A DNA stretch of 64,000 nucleotides from Botryllus schlosseri (GCA_051294905.1 CM119372.1:10108001-10172000), one strand, 5' to 3'; positions 13,583 to 29,200 are shown, counted from the stretch's first letter. Numbers and translations: made by a program. Notes: generated by a model not told the origin, from the letters alone.

Positions 13583-16500
13583 TGTTTGACGTGCGGGCAA
13601 TCAAGCGCCTTGAATCTGAAAAAAATCTGAATCAGAAAATTATGGTCTGAAATCAGCTGACAAAGCTCATACCTGTCAAATATGAACAGCAAAATCTGTA
13701 GGTATGGAGAAAAACCTAATTAGAACACTAAACTATGAAAACGACATCTCCTGCTCCCTTTCTGCCACCCTAAAATCGGACATTATTACCTAATGCGGCG
13801 TGACCTTCTGGTCTTGTCTGAACAGTGAACAAACTATAAAAATAAATGAATGTAGAAGTTGCGTAACAATACTCGCAGTGCAATGCGAGGGTATATGGGT
13901 TAAATCGCTAGATGTCGATAACGAGTCGCTATTACAATGCGATAAGATTATCGAGTTCAGTCTCGTCTCGTAGTAAAGAATGTATCAACAGATTCTTTGT
14001 ACGGCACGAGTGTAGTATGCTAAGTTCAGGTATATTACATGTAGGTCGTATAGTATCGTGGAGTCAGGATGAAGAAATTTATTTTTTTCTACCAAGTCAT
14101 TCAATTTGTCTGTCCATCTATCGGACGCGACCCCATATGATGCTTGAATGTCGTCTTGCATATGTATAATTAAAACTGCGGTATACGTCTATCGGGCTCT
14201 TGACTATCAATGCTGATGAACTATAAGCAGGTATTGATTTGCGATGAAATGTGTTTCGCATTCAATCAATTCCTTGTTCTGATGGTCTGAATAAGCAATC
14301 ATTCTAGAAATAGAGCGGTGAATTACATAGTAAAATGACACGTTCATTCAGGGTGGAGCGGCCCAATCTGTGGAACAGCATCCTCCTATTATTTCATTGT
14401 ATCGCAATCTTGTGGAGTTTTTGTCATTGACTGTACAAGTGTACAGCATATGCCTCTTTCTAATACGTAGACCAAGGTTGGAGTTGGGTCATTGCTTGAC
14501 TTCACGGTCATTCATGTCGACTACGTCCTATTTTGCACTGCATTGCAATTCGTGTGGTGTTGAACTGAAGATGATGAGTTACCTGTAAACTTTTTGTGCT
14601 TACACTTACGGTGGTGAACGGCTGAATATGACTAATTATGACGTATTGCCGTGGAAATCACATTTGATGCAACTGCAAACTAGTGGGATATTTAATTTAT
14701 CGCAAAACTTGAATTCGGTGATGCAGATAGAGCCGTGGCGTGATTTGAGTTAAATGCATAACCGCTTGCAAGTAATCTAACGACTGTATAAAATATATAT
14801 ACTATATAGCTATAAGCAAATCTCTCTAGTAATACAGGTAGAGAATCTGTTTCAATAGCATTTATTCACTGCGGAAGACGAAATCATATTAGCGATAGTT
14901 CATGGTGAGAAGCATCAAGAGTTAGAACATTGTTATGAAATTAACGCCGAAGGTGTATTGCCGCGTAATGAACGGCTGGTAGCATAAGATAGCCAGCTAC
15001 TTATGCTATTGTCTGACACCGCGACTCCCGAGAAGTATATTTTCACCTAAACATAAATCCAGAGGAACTGCGAGAAATAACCACACCGTCTTCGTAGCGA
15101 AGCATCATTAAGAAACTAATCCTCGGCCCTTTACTCTCACCAAACTTTCCTTTCCTCGTCCGCAGTCAATAAATAAGCACAGCGGACAACCTTATCAATT
15201 CCATGTATTTTCACAGTTGTTGGCTTTCGGAGACCGCGCCGCACACCCACAACTCATACATACATTACGACTATTACACTATTCTGCTTAACTACGCAAT
15301 CGTGTCTCGCTACGCCAGATTATTTTCGGGTGTCGAGAAAACCGCGCGCTACAAGTGATAGATAGATAGGTATCATGGCGATGAAACATATCTCATTTCT
15401 TGAGCAGTGTCGTGTTCGTCGCCGTAGCGGTGCTAAGGCTGTACGACCATCTGTATCTCAATAGCAGTTGTCCCATGGGATACCAAATGCAGAAAAACTG
15501 GTACTAATAAGCAAACCATATAATGTACAGTAGCAGGCGGATATCCGCTCAGTTTTTCACCATTTCGACGCACTGTCTAAGGCGTACATCGGAACTGTTG
15601 TTGTGTTGGTGATTCGCTAATGCAGCATATGGCAGTTGTGGCAGCAATAGGCAACGTTATGCTATCTACAACATCGTCGATATCCATAACTTGATATCAA
15701 CGGTAGGTCAAGTTATTGCTATACCAGATGTGATTGCAATGAGATTTTTTAAATGGATAGATTAGTGTGCTCTTAGTTAGAAATTACAGTCTACATTAGT
15801 TAGCGGATGTAGCTATATCTCAGGCAAAAGATAATTTGGGATCGACTGGTTCTGTCGATTGACGGATTGTTCATAAATTCCGAATGGTTTACGTTGCCTG
15901 TTTTGTATTTCTACTCTGCCGGCCAGTAAGGGAAAAAGCGTATCTTGTGGGATAATTCCTTTCGCCTATATACTCTTGGATAGAAGATTTCTCTTTTGAT
16001 TGCCTTTGTTATCCACGAGGCGGCCGTGTGTTATTTGGATATCGCATAGTATCGTAAACGTACTATATATGTATTTATCAGGGCGGAATTAGATCCCAAA
16101 TCTTTGTAACGTTATACTGGCAATGTTAAATTGAATTATGTCATGTGATTTGCCGTTTGCGTTGCAACAAATGCCATTCCAATGATACGAGGTTGGTTCA
16201 TTCAATGACCACACGCATCACAATTACAATAGGCAGCACGCTGCCTGTTGTAGTAAGGGTTTACGGATGTCAGTAATGCGCAACACATATATCTGAAGCA
16301 AGGACTGTCCGCGTGAAAGATTAGCGCACACCAGATGGGATGTGATTCGAAAACTATAGTCGGCTTTTTTCATACGCCGCGACGCTGCGCATTTGTATTT
16401 TTCCATTAGTCGAAGTTACCCAGTTTAGATTTGGAGACGTCTTCGATACGCTTTATGTTGTCAAGCACCTCAGGAGAAAACCTAATCGATCATCGAGGTA

Positions 16501-19500
16501 GCTAGTACTTGAAGGAAAGATAGCCTATTATCGATTTAGCGCGCCGGCTATATTTAATATCCTTCGCTTTTCTTACGAATTCGCTGCATTGCATGTCATG
16601 AGCTGTTTCGTACATCCTCGTTTGGCCTTCCAAATCTAATCGAAATCGACGTCGCATGTTAATTTGCTGTTGTGTGAGCTGGTTCCTTCGTTACGTGGAA
16701 AAGTATAATCGAATGACTGTTGCACTCGGTGTAAATATACTCGCGTAAGCTCGCTTCCGTTATAGCTTTTGAGTTCCCGGTCTACAAACCGCTAATACAT
16801 AACACTCGTGTGATACGTTATGCGTCGCCGCTACTTCCAGCTAGGGAAAATAGATGTTGAATCACCGTTGACAAAGACGATGTTACACTATTTAACTGTG
16901 GTTATAACCGAGCTATCGCGTAGACGTTTGTAGACGACGTTCAAGAGAGTTGTAAAATACGCGAGCTGTGTACCGCGCATACCTGGATCGGCGTAAAACA
17001 AAGACCCTGTTTTTGTTTGGATCGCAAACCCTAATAATACATGGCTGGGTTGATATATCGATGATAAATATTGTTGTGTCACAACGAATACTATTCAGTC
17101 TATCCAGGTATGGCGAGGTTATCGGAAACACGAAGAGAATGAAGTTAAATTGCAAGCATTTTAGCGTGTAGATTAGTAGGAAGCGTACCGCTGGCTAAGT
17201 AACGAAGAGCAATAGATTAAGGATCGATACAATGTCGGTTATTATTGTTGGAAAATAAATGGCTCGGGGCTACTCCGAGTCTAGATTGCGACATGACTGT
17301 TGATATAGGTTTTCTTTCCATTTGTGGGTGTATGATATCTGTGACGTTGTGATTAATTTATTTTCGCTCGTATTGCTTTGCCTAACGCTCTTTAGTTAGT
17401 TGTATGGAAGTGTATGAGCGCGCGCTTATCGTCCATCTCTCGTCACAAATTATATGCGACTATCCGTTCTGCAGTTAGTAATTTGGAACGCATTCAAATA
17501 CGTGTAGCCTGAAACAGGAAAATATCAATTTCGATACATTAAAGGGAATACGTTTGCTACCGCATATATAAGCGTTACAGGGAACAAAAGTATTATGTTA
17601 CTCGTTCACTTGTGTGCGGAAATTGTTGAAAATTACCAGTGTACATGTGATGGAGATCTTTAGCTACAATACAGCACAGCAAGTTGGTAGTCACAGTCTT
17701 GTGATAAGATACGGCAGCCATGCCGCCGTGTCGGAACATAGAGAGAACGAATGAAAATCACATTAGCGAACACGTATCCTATATTTCGTTATTGATTACA
17801 CACCACTTTGAAGGACAATGAATAAGCTAACAGAAGGCGGTCGTCCAAGCATATCTCATGCACACACACGGTACACGTCGCGCTACTTGGTGTTCTATCA
17901 AGAAGCAACCAATAATATGTAGAATAATATCACTCTTCGAATATCACTTGTTTACGAAAGGCAAGCTCTTCGGTAACGCCGCAAGGGCACCGTTATAACA
18001 CGAGGTGGCTGGCTGCTTTGACTAAAACTGAATATTGCCGATGAAGTATGAAAGGCGAAACGGCCGAAAATAGTATTCTTCTCTTGATTGCCATGTACGT
18101 TGAAAGATAGAAACCAGATGCATGTAGTAGCGGAACTTAGCTGAGTGATAAAACTTATCGCGAAGCCACATAGAGAGAACGTTATTGTCGAGTACATCTG
18201 CAGATCGAGGCGACACTGCGTGCGTTTCCGTTGAGATATGATTTTATGAATTGCATTGCATAATACGTTACTGGCGAGATCTATGCATACTTACAACCGA
18301 CATGCAAATGTTGTGATAGTTCCGTTCACGTTTGTAGTACTAGCATATGCTTAGCGGCCGTGTCTTTCTGGAACAGTGTAACTATATTGGTGATGGAGTG
18401 AAGGTATTCATGATATGTCGTTGACATTCGCGTTGATTTACACCGCTCCGATATAGCTGCTTCAGTCGATACGCTTCCACTGTTTATTCAATCATATTAC
18501 GAACGCCATTATAACTTGTGGAACGGTAGGCCGTTTGTGTAAAGCCGTGACGAAGAAAATAGATATTTGTGTAGGGTGAATGAGTCTTGAGTGGCTCGCG
18601 CAACGTAAAATTCGCAATTTCAATTTCTCGTCCAATCGGCTCTATCCGTATATATCTCCGCGCATTACTCATCTTTCAAGTAACAAGGCATTGCCGAAGC
18701 CTCTCGCCACATTCGTTCCTCTCGATTACTAGAATATTTTATCGCTTTGGCGTGTTCCCCGGTTTGGTTTCAACTGTTCAGAATTAAAGTCTCGCCTTTT
18801 TGAGAAATGGTACCCACTCGAGCACAGCGACAGCGAAGCTAAGTCTGTTTCTTATACAGGACCTGCAATCGCTTATTGTCATGTTACAGCCTTTTCTCGC
18901 GATGCGTTGTATTGATACAAAAGGCTTTCGTTGAATGTAGAGCGGCCTGCGCGCTTCGTCATCGGCATATGTCACGAACTGGTTTAGAGTCGTACTCGCT
19001 ATGTTATTAGGCTTTAGATGTTACGTGAATTGCTAATTATGCGAATCGAACGTATTCAAATCGCGTGATACGCAACACTTGATAAGTTCTCATAACTCGT
19101 ACCGCTGCTGCCGTTTCCAATCTCGTTCTGCGCAAACGCATAAGTATGCCACTCGCACAGTAGGCCACACGGACGTAACGTACAGATGTTTGTTTCATAC
19201 TGCAACACTTGATAATGTATCCGCGAAATACGTATGTTAAGAATTGCGGTCCACGTGTTAAATGCCAGCCTCGGCGATATTTTCACTTTCTGCCGACTGG
19301 TAAGGCGTTGAAGCTCGATAAATGCGTTCACTTTCATCGGCTGATATAGGCGAACGCGCGAGGGCTGTGTAACACGATTGCGTTTTATATCCACGACGAC
19401 GATAAACCGGTACCCGCGCAGTTCTGTTATACGTAGAGTTGGTACTGCTCTATGCAATTAGCCAGTCGTGAGCGTATTGTGGTTTGTCAACGCGTCGCAG

Positions 19501-20209
19501 ACGGCGTTTGTTTTATGCGAGTGGAATGAATGTAGTTGCTCGTTGTGAGAACCGACACCGGCACTCTCGTTATTGATGCTTACGCGACTCTTGATCTCCA
19601 TCTCGCGGTGACAAATACTCTGCAATCTACATTGACGGTCTCCAACTGCAATCATGTCTTGCCGTGATTCCCGTAATCTTATCATTTTTGATAATAACCG
19701 ATAAAATCTGTTGTTTGACGTGGTGTCAAGAAATGGTATCGAGTATCCATACACACCCAACATAAATATCTATCGGGAATGGAAATATTCTGATGCTTAT
19801 CTCTTGCTGTACTGCATTTGATATTGTATGATATAATGATATAATCGTATCAGTGATATTCGAAATACAGCTGTCAACCAATCATCAGCCGTACAATTGA
19901 TTGATATGATTTCACCCTGGAGAATATGTCAATATCGTGGATTGCTGTTTTACAAATCGTTACATGTATATCATTGCATCTATAAATATAAGAGTCGATG
20001 TTTGATTTGTATTGATATTTTTATTGATTATAATAAAACCTAGTGCTAGTACCTTACCTAGGAAAGCATATCAGAGTGATACGTTTTTCTGCCCCTTTCA
20101 AGGAAATTAAACATTTTTGTCATCTTTCTCACAGTACGTATGTAAATCAAGCGACAGACATGTGTATATATTTATGGTAGCGGTACCCTGAGATGTTACC
20201 CCTGAAGAT

Positions 20210-23200
20210 ATGGATAAGAAACAGCCAAATAAATCTGGCAGGCTCAGTGCCGCGCAACAGCAGCAACAACAACTCGCCATGTTGCAGCAGCTTGGGGCAC
20301 TCGATCCTAGCATGTTGGGATACGGCATGCCCGGATGCTTTGACCCAGCGCAATTACTCAACCCATTGATTAGTGCACAGTATTCTATGATGAACCCAGC
20401 CGCACTTCAGCAAGCGTTCGGTGGTGGTGGTGGACGGAACAGCCAGGGCACCCCTGGTAAGTTGCGTGGATTTTGTAATTGGAAATGGTCACCAACATAG
20501 TAAAGCAGAATTAATGTCGTGATCATATGTATCCCGTATACATTTTGCTGCAAAGATGACCAATATCAGTTCCATCTGTGTAAATATAGGCCTACCGTCC
20601 TTTTCCATTGACAACAGGGCATCTAAAGACCAGGCAAATCCGTAACAGCACATGATTACATATGCTAATGGAAGATGACGGCATCAACAACATGCCATTG
20701 CATGTAATACTGCATTTGGTGCTATGATAATACAGAAGTATTCAAAGTAATTGTTGGTACTCCGTACTCCAGTAGAAGTAGAAGTAATGCCATAAACTAG
20801 AAGTAGTAATTTCCTTCTAGGATTAGGTTTGCATAAAAATCTGTAAAGTAGAAGTAGTGTAAACTCCATGACCACTCGATTATATAGTGCAAGTAGGCAG
20901 ACTACTACTTTGAAAAGTAGAAGTGCTTCATTACTGATCACCTCTGCGAAAATATAACCATGACAAACATTCTCTTACTATGAACATATGCGTAAAGTAT
21001 TTGTATTGCACAGCACACAGAATATAACGAGTTGAGAAATAGTTTTGAACACGGAAACAAGCGTGTATGAAAAAAAAATCCCTAAAAATAATTGCATATC
21101 GAACCAGAAGTGCTCTGTAATTATGCTTGCGTATGACGTTTATCGGTTTATGTATGTAATATTTATCTCTGTTTTATGTAGGTGGAGCAGATTGGTTGTC
21201 TATGATGCAAAATCAAGCTCTTGCTGCAGGGCTAGGAGCGGGCTACCTTCCAGGCATGATGCCCGGCTACATGCCTCCAACTGAATTATCGAATCAACAC
21301 AAAGCATTGATGGGTGGATCGTCGAAGAGCAAGGAGGAATTCAAGAGAATTCACGAAAGTATGATTTGTTTTTGCGTCACTTTGCATCGCACAGCAACCA
21401 GGAATGGACTAATGTTATGGTCCTTGAGATTTGACAGGGACTCGTTGGAACCTATCCCTGGTTGGTGCTGTTTTGACACACACAGCAATTTTTGCCGGAC
21501 AAAATCGTGTACTCATCATTAGGCCTCGAGTTGAGTATTCGAGTACCATTTGTAGCGATGTCATAAGAGCATGAATGATGTGAAAAATTCAAATATGCGT
21601 ACCATGTCTACACCACGTTAAAGACAATATGATATTTTTCGACCATAATTATTTCCTTGCAATTGAAGGAACCGTGTAGGATATAGCACCCGAATTGTCA
21701 AACCCTGTTAAACTTGTGCGTCTTTGTTGCAGCCACATCGCCTCGATCAGATTCCAGAAGCCCCGTCGTCGGTCGAATTCAGCACGAGAGAAATCACTCG
21801 CACGAATCTCACTCGTCAAAAGAAAGGCCCGAGAGCCGACACAGTTTAAACTCACCTCATCGACCTTCGAACTCGAAGCATCACGATTCCAAATCGTCAC
21901 TGCCATCATGGGTACGCTCGCCTATCAGTCGCGTTTTTTAATTCCCGACACACTTCACCCTAAACCTTTTGTAGATGAACAACAACGCGAACAAGGCAAA
22001 CGAACAGTCGTTTCAGGTAAGATATTGGGATCCGTCTAATTGAAGAGCATCTTATTCCTGGTTGTCCCTTCAGATGGAACTTTTGCGACAGTTCGAGCAG
22101 CAGATTATGATGCAACAGTTGCAAATTCAGCAGCAGCAACAGCAGCAGCAGATTAACGCGGCTCTAGAGTCCTTTGCGTCGATGCAAGGGAAAGCAAACG
22201 GTCCGTCAAGAAAAGACGTAAGTGGTTTTGGTACTGAAATATCGCTCTAATCTGACTCTCGCGATACTCGTCGTAAATGACATCTGGCCCTAGCTGCAAA
22301 CTCCGATATGAATCAAAGTGTCTCAAACCAATGAAATCGATACCATGATCAACTAGCTCCGTTCTAAGTGGTGCTCCGACTCGTAATATTTTCTTCACAT
22401 AACTCCAACTCCGACTCACAGATTCGTGTAAATCTATTCTGAAAATTATACATTTATTACATTTTTTACTTATTATAATCATCATTACATTGTATGGCTC
22501 GCGTGAATCTATAATGTTGAATAGTATATTCATATGGAAATGAACCCGAATATTTTCGGCTGACACTCGTCAGGGGTAATCGTCAGCAACTAGTTTCAAT
22601 ATCAATATGCTATTCAATTGTATATTGAAGTTCTGTACCTCCAAGAAGCTCTTCAAATCTATATTATGAATTATATATAGGCCTATGTGGAAAACTTGAT
22701 AAATTGTGTAACTGCAACGACACTTTTTGTGACATTTGAAAAGTGCACAGGATCGGTGCTGATATCCATATGACTCACCATGTCGTTTAGGCCGAAGAAA
22801 CACAAAGGGCGCAGGATCAACTCAACGCGATGATGGCGCAATTAATACAGTCCGGCGGAATGCAAGGCATGTCACCGGCTGTGTCGGCTTTGTTAGCGCA
22901 GCCTGGCGCATTGGACACAGTGTTAGCAATGAGCCAAATGGCAGGTAACACAGGCTCCATGCCAGGACACAGTCGATCTAATAAAGAGAGTCGCGACCAA
23001 AAGCCTGGGACTTCATCACAAAACGATTCACCCAACACCAGTTCTCACAGCAGTCATAAGCATTTCAACTCGCCTGGTATCAGTAAATCGCGCGAATCAT
23101 CAACACCTCCCAGAAACGCGTCGAAAATGCAAGCGCCTATTTCCATTCCGGGACTGTCCCCCACATTGGCAGCTGGACTGTCGCCCGACCAGGCAATGTT

Positions 23201-26200
23201 AGCCATGCTGTACAGTCAGCAACTGCAGTACGATGAGTATTTGAAAGAACAGTTATCAGCATCTACCAAGGGAAGTCATTCTCACAAATATCAGGACGGT
23301 CACGAAATGGCCCACTCTTCAAAAAGAGACCGTCACCGTGACAATGCATCTCCAAGATACCATCGACCGGCCCAGCACAGTCCCGCCCCTACGTCCGTGT
23401 CTAAGGACCAATCCCGTCTCAGCCCTGCCGCTACTCCCGTCTCTAAGGAACAGTCCCGCCACAGCCCGCCGCGGAAATCAAATGACCGTGATCACGGCCA
23501 AGGCAAATCCCCGAACGCATCTATCAAGCATACTGCCCCGCCGAAATCACGGGACCAGGAAAACATGTCCGACACCCTCAAGTTACTGTCCACCCTGGCG
23601 TCGAACCCGAATTTGTCCCAGCGTGAGATCGCTGCACTGTTGAGCTTCCCGACTAATGTAGACCCGTCGATGGTTCTGGCGGGGCTAGGTCCGTCAGCGG
23701 CAAGTCTAGTCCGGTCTGGTCGACGTGATAACTTGGAGGACTTGAACAAGACTCTGTCGGATGCACTGGACCGCGAGAGGCGGAAATTTAACGAGCAGAT
23801 AAAAGCGGGTATCGAGAGGGAGATGGCAGCAGACCGGTCCACCAATCAGATCTCTGTCATTCATCAGGTTGGCGGGTGTCGATGATTGTTTTGTTGTGAC
23901 GCTTTTGACGTTTTTTTGTTTGTCGCAGAACAAAGCCAAGACACAAGGCAAGAACGACCACACCGTCTCTTCCAACGCTAGTGAAAATAGTGAGTAAACA
24001 TGGTGGTCTGTCTCGCTGTTGAGATCGAGTCAATTAATTTTTTACTCGAGTCGCTTAAAAATTTGTCACAATTAAAGTCGATCTTGTCAAGTTATCTCAC
24101 GTATTTGTTTTTGAGTCGCTGAATATTTTCAGTTTGAGTCGTGTGAGGACATGAGCAAATGCATTTAGGCTAGAACGCGTTAGACTTGTCAAAATTAATA
24201 CTATGCCGTTTCAAAACTGCAATGATGATATGCAGAAGATTTAGGTATGTAGCTGGGAATGCTCAATTGCTCATTGTTCCATGTTAAATGGAAGCGTATA
24301 TGGTACATAAATGTAGGTGTTGGTTAACTTCTCAGTCTCAATCGAGTTCAGAATGCTTTCCAGAGTAATCTAATTAATAACTTTGATTCGAAAATATGAC
24401 TCCGTGTCTCAGGTCTCTTCTTATTTCTCATCTTCCTTGCTTCTCCAGATTTCAACAAAAAGTCGTCCGCTGACGGAACGTCAGACATTCCCAAACACTC
24501 TGCACAAACAGACGCCGTATCAAGCGACGGCGACAAGCCAGAAGTAAACACTGCCGAAAAACGTGAGTTCAATTCCGTCATCGAGTTCCTTCTCGAAGGT
24601 TTCCCAGTTTCGGTGTTGGCCTTTCAGGTCTAGTTTACACATCGAGATGTTTTACCGTGACCATCACCAGTCAGTGTTCCCTTTGAACATGGTAAAACTT
24701 ATGGAAGTTGCCGTGGAATCGGAGTAGCTCAATGTCCATTTTACACATTTTGAGAGAATTGAGTTTTTTCTAGTTTTCATTATCTTTCAACCATATGTTG
24801 GTCGTGGTTACAAACATAACGATGACCAAGATGTGGCTGAAAAATATGAAATTTTACACAAACTTGATTTGGTCACGATTTGAAAAATGGATCTCAATAT
24901 TTCTAAAATAGACATTAGCTACTTTGATTCGCGGCGAGTTCTGTCGAGAACCTAATTGATGATGACGTGAAACACTATATATGTTCATGGGGAATATTAA
25001 TTGATTCCGCACATTGAGAACATTTCTCAATGTCTCCGGTGACGACATATTCTCAACTGTTGCGGTGATGTCCCGTTTACAGATGTCGCTGTCTCCCTCG
25101 GCCGAAGTACGAGGCCCCGCATTCCCATCGACGACGAAGTGCTGGCGCCTATAAATCACGGGTGGAAACGCGAAATCCGATTTAAACCGTTCGGGGGCCA
25201 GTTGCGAGGTGAGGTGGTCTACACCGCGCCAGACGGCCGAAAACTACGAATGTACGCGGACGTTGTGAAAGTGAGACTCGATGTTTTGTACGTGTCATGC
25301 GTGTGTTTCACTCGCTGTTTTTTTGCAGTATCTGGACGAGAACAACATCACGCAGTTGACTCGAAGTAACTTCTCGTTCAGCACTAGACTCCGGTTAGGC
25401 ACTTTGCTTGAAAGAAAAGATTGCAAGGACGGATCAAGAGAGGTAAAGCTTTGGCTTTTATTCCACGACGGTATCGTGAGTCGTGCTCGGTTTTGAAAGG
25501 TGGTCAAAGCAGTACTCGAGTAGAAATAGAATGTTGAAATGTGTAAGCCCGAATAATTTTCGGAATAATGATTGCGCTTGTCAGGGGTAATTGTCTGCAA
25601 CTAGTAAAGATTTCAAGAGAACTTGGTATATCAACAGTCGTATCGCGATTTACAAGTAAATATTCTGGACGTAATTTTGCCTAAATACTGTAAACCAGTG
25701 GTTATCAAGCTGGGAGGCGTAGAGAAGAGGAGGAATTTTTTTTTCGCGATCCGGGCGATTTACCTCCAATTCGTAGATGTTGCTCTGTGTACAGTCCAAT
25801 TTCATATTTAAAAAATTCTTTCATCAACAGTCATAACCTTCCATGCCATCAAACTATCCGTTGGTATTGCTGACGTTCTGGTTGCAGTCTGTGATATGAC
25901 GATAAGGGGGCGTGAAATTTTTCCCTAAGGGGGGCGTGTCTAATAAAGTTTGAGAACGCTGCTGTAAAGTGAAGCAGAATTTTTCCAAAATCTTTACAAG
26001 TGGGAAAACCTACTCGGGTACTCAGAAAAAGTAGAAGTATACTTGGTTGCTGACCACCTATGGCGGTTTCAACCAAGGCTGGACCGGCTCTTTCATTTTT
26101 GTTTCGTTGTTCTCGCAGTGGGTCGAGGTCACAGAGGAGGATTTGGAGCTAGACAGAGCGGCGGTGGCGAGTCCATACACCGACGGTTCCGATCGTAAGG

Positions 26201-29200
26201 AGAAAGAGCAAGGTAAGGGTGATGAATTCTTTGGTTTGCGACTTCCAATTCCACTTTTATGCCGTTTGTCGTGTCCTTGTTTTGTGATTGACCAAAATGG
26301 GGTTTGAGTAAACGTCCTTTGCGATATTCCAACGACCCAATAAAGTTTGAAAAGCGAGTAATATGAATGCTAGGCCTTCGATATCACCCGAGAGTTTCAC
26401 AGGAGTCGATTGAACCCGAGTCGAGCTCAAAAATAAACAGTGAACTTTAGGACTCGGACTCGAGATAAGCATTATGACTCGTACTCGGCCCGTCGATTTC
26501 CGATTTGGACTCGTACTTGACTAGTTGGTGAATTGAAAATAACTTGACTTGACTCGAGTCAAAACTATACAAGCAAAATTGACTTGTGACTTGGTTACAA
26601 CCAGGGGTTTAAGTATTCATCGTTAGTACTTAATCCTAGTAACATGGTATACCTCAACTCAAGTAGAATTTATGATTTCCAAGTGAAAAAGGAAGTGTTC
26701 TAGCCCTATCTGGGCCTAAAAATAGAAATTAAAAATAATCTAAAATCATAGCAACTTTTGTAAGAAGTACAAGTCAACAAAACCTAATTGAGTACTCTGA
26801 AAATATCGGAAGCAGAACGTCATCGCCGCTGTCCACATCCATGACAATACGCAGCACGGCCTTTTTCCCATTCTAGAAAGAGAAAAGCAAAAAGAACAGA
26901 TGCGTCTCCTGAAGGAACAGGAAATCAGGAGATTCGAGCAGCAGCGCATTGAGAGAGAAATTCGCGAACGTCTGGCCTACGAGGTGAGCCAGTACATTAC
27001 CGTGTTTCGCGGCTTCATCTCTGACCTGGTCTGGGCCTGTTTCAGGAGCTGGAAAGGCAACGTATCGCCGAGGAGCAACGGAGGCAGCACATGCTGCTGA
27101 TGAGAGCTTTGGAGTCGCAGAAACGAGCCGAGGAGCGAGAGAGAAGACGGGAGGAGATCAGAATCGAGAAGATGATTCAGAGGGAGAAAAAGATGGTGCG
27201 TTGCTTTTAGATTTGTGCTTTGTTGATGACGCGATTTCATCGCCATAATTAGCGCCTGCCGCTCAGGGATGGTCAGTAACATCGACGAGTAACAAGTGCT
27301 TTCACTATTTTGGAGTACTGAAGTACGTTTTGCCTGCTTGTACTGCTTACTTGAGTGGGGACCAGATATCAGAACTAGAACTAGTGACGAAGTCATCAGA
27401 ACTAGAACAAGTGATGAAGTCAATGTCACTGTCTACAAAAAGTTTATACATAGGCTTCGTGTTGCGTACGAGAAAAATCCTGGCTCAAAACATGACATTT
27501 TTCAACTAGAACTTTGAATTTTGAGAAGTGCACTTAATTTGAAAATTATATGAAACATCAGCCGAATAAGAAACTATACCTATAACTGTAACTTTGAGTT
27601 TGAGAAGTGTATCGCATAACATCGCAGTGGAATCAAATTATCTATGTTCATTTTTACGTCTTGAGAAAGCAAGTGTTTCTAGATTTTAATTTACACTTTC
27701 AAAAACTTGATTTTCCGAAGACGGTAAAATGTAATATGCCACTCTGATTCCACTGTGACGTCATAAGCTTCATTATATTTTTGAGTGAAACTCCAACTGA
27801 TTAAGAAACTAGCGCTTCCGGCTCATGAGGCGCACTTCGGCAAACGCAACTTTCCGGCGTTTCCGCCAGAAAGTGAACTGCTATGATCTGTACCTGTACC
27901 TTTTTGCTGATGCCCTACCGTTTCACCTCTTCTAAAATTTCTGCTCGGCCACCATGAAGATGGACGTGTTGTTGACATTGCTCTTTATACGACGTTCAGG
28001 AGCAGAAACGAATCGCCATGCAGATCGCTCGGGAGCTGAAAATGCCGGTAGAAGACATGGCCGCTATTGGCGCGCCGGACCTGCCCGAATTGACAAGACT
28101 CCAAGGTTTGCGTCCTTCGAATTGTGTTTGCCTTCGTGCGCGAACTTGATTTGTTAACGATTCCGCAGGCACGTACGATAACAGATGCCCGCACCAGTTG
28201 AGTGGAAACATGTGTGCCGACGTTCTGATGGTGTTGGAGTTTGTGGAGACTTTCAAGGAATGCTTGCGAATCGGTGAGTAAGATTTGTGGTTTGAGATTG
28301 TCGGATAGTGTGGTGTGAGGTTTCCGGGGCAAATGAAAATTCCCGATACATGTATCTACCCATTCACAAAATATGTGAGAGACGCATGGATTTGTATTTG
28401 AAAATTAAAACGATTCAATGATTTTGGCCATTTTTTAATCAGATATGAATTATGATTATTTTGAAGCTGGATTTGAACTTTATAACCATTTTCAACTTGC
28501 CGTTGCCGCATTTTGACTTGATTTTAGACATGTCACCAAATTACGGGCTTGAACTTTTAAACCCGCTCATTTCCGCGAATTGTGCTGACAAACTTCGCTT
28601 TCAGACGACGGTGCCTTACCTACCTTCGAACAGCTTCAACTCGGCCTGCTCAACGACCCGGAACACACTGACGACCTCGTCAAGCTCACCATCGCGCTTC
28701 TGCATCAGTGCCTGTGCGATCCCGGCGTGCCGGCACCCGGACCTTGGGTCGGTATCTTTATTCTTTTCGCCAAGTCGTGTCCGGGCGTGTGTAATCGCTC
28801 CATTTTCGGTTACAGTTACACTGTCTGACCGGGGTGAAGGTGACCGACATTGATGTCAGCGAGGATAATTATTCTGAAATACTTCGGCTTTTCATATGGG
28901 CCAGGAGCGGTTACAAGACTGAGGTAATTTGATGAAAATTGTGATGTACAGACAATTTGATATTTGAAAATTTTGGTATTTGTGATGTGATGTGATTTAA
29001 TTATATACATGTATAATAGATATTATAAATATTGAATTGAAATCATTTTTAATTGTAATAACCCAGGTAGTCTGTGGTTGTAATTCTCTAAGACTTCTAA
29101 TACTCAAATCGATCTATACACAATACGCATATGCTGTGAAGCAAGAACACCGATACATAGATACTGATAAACCATATTTTCAGATTGCCATGAAACTGGA

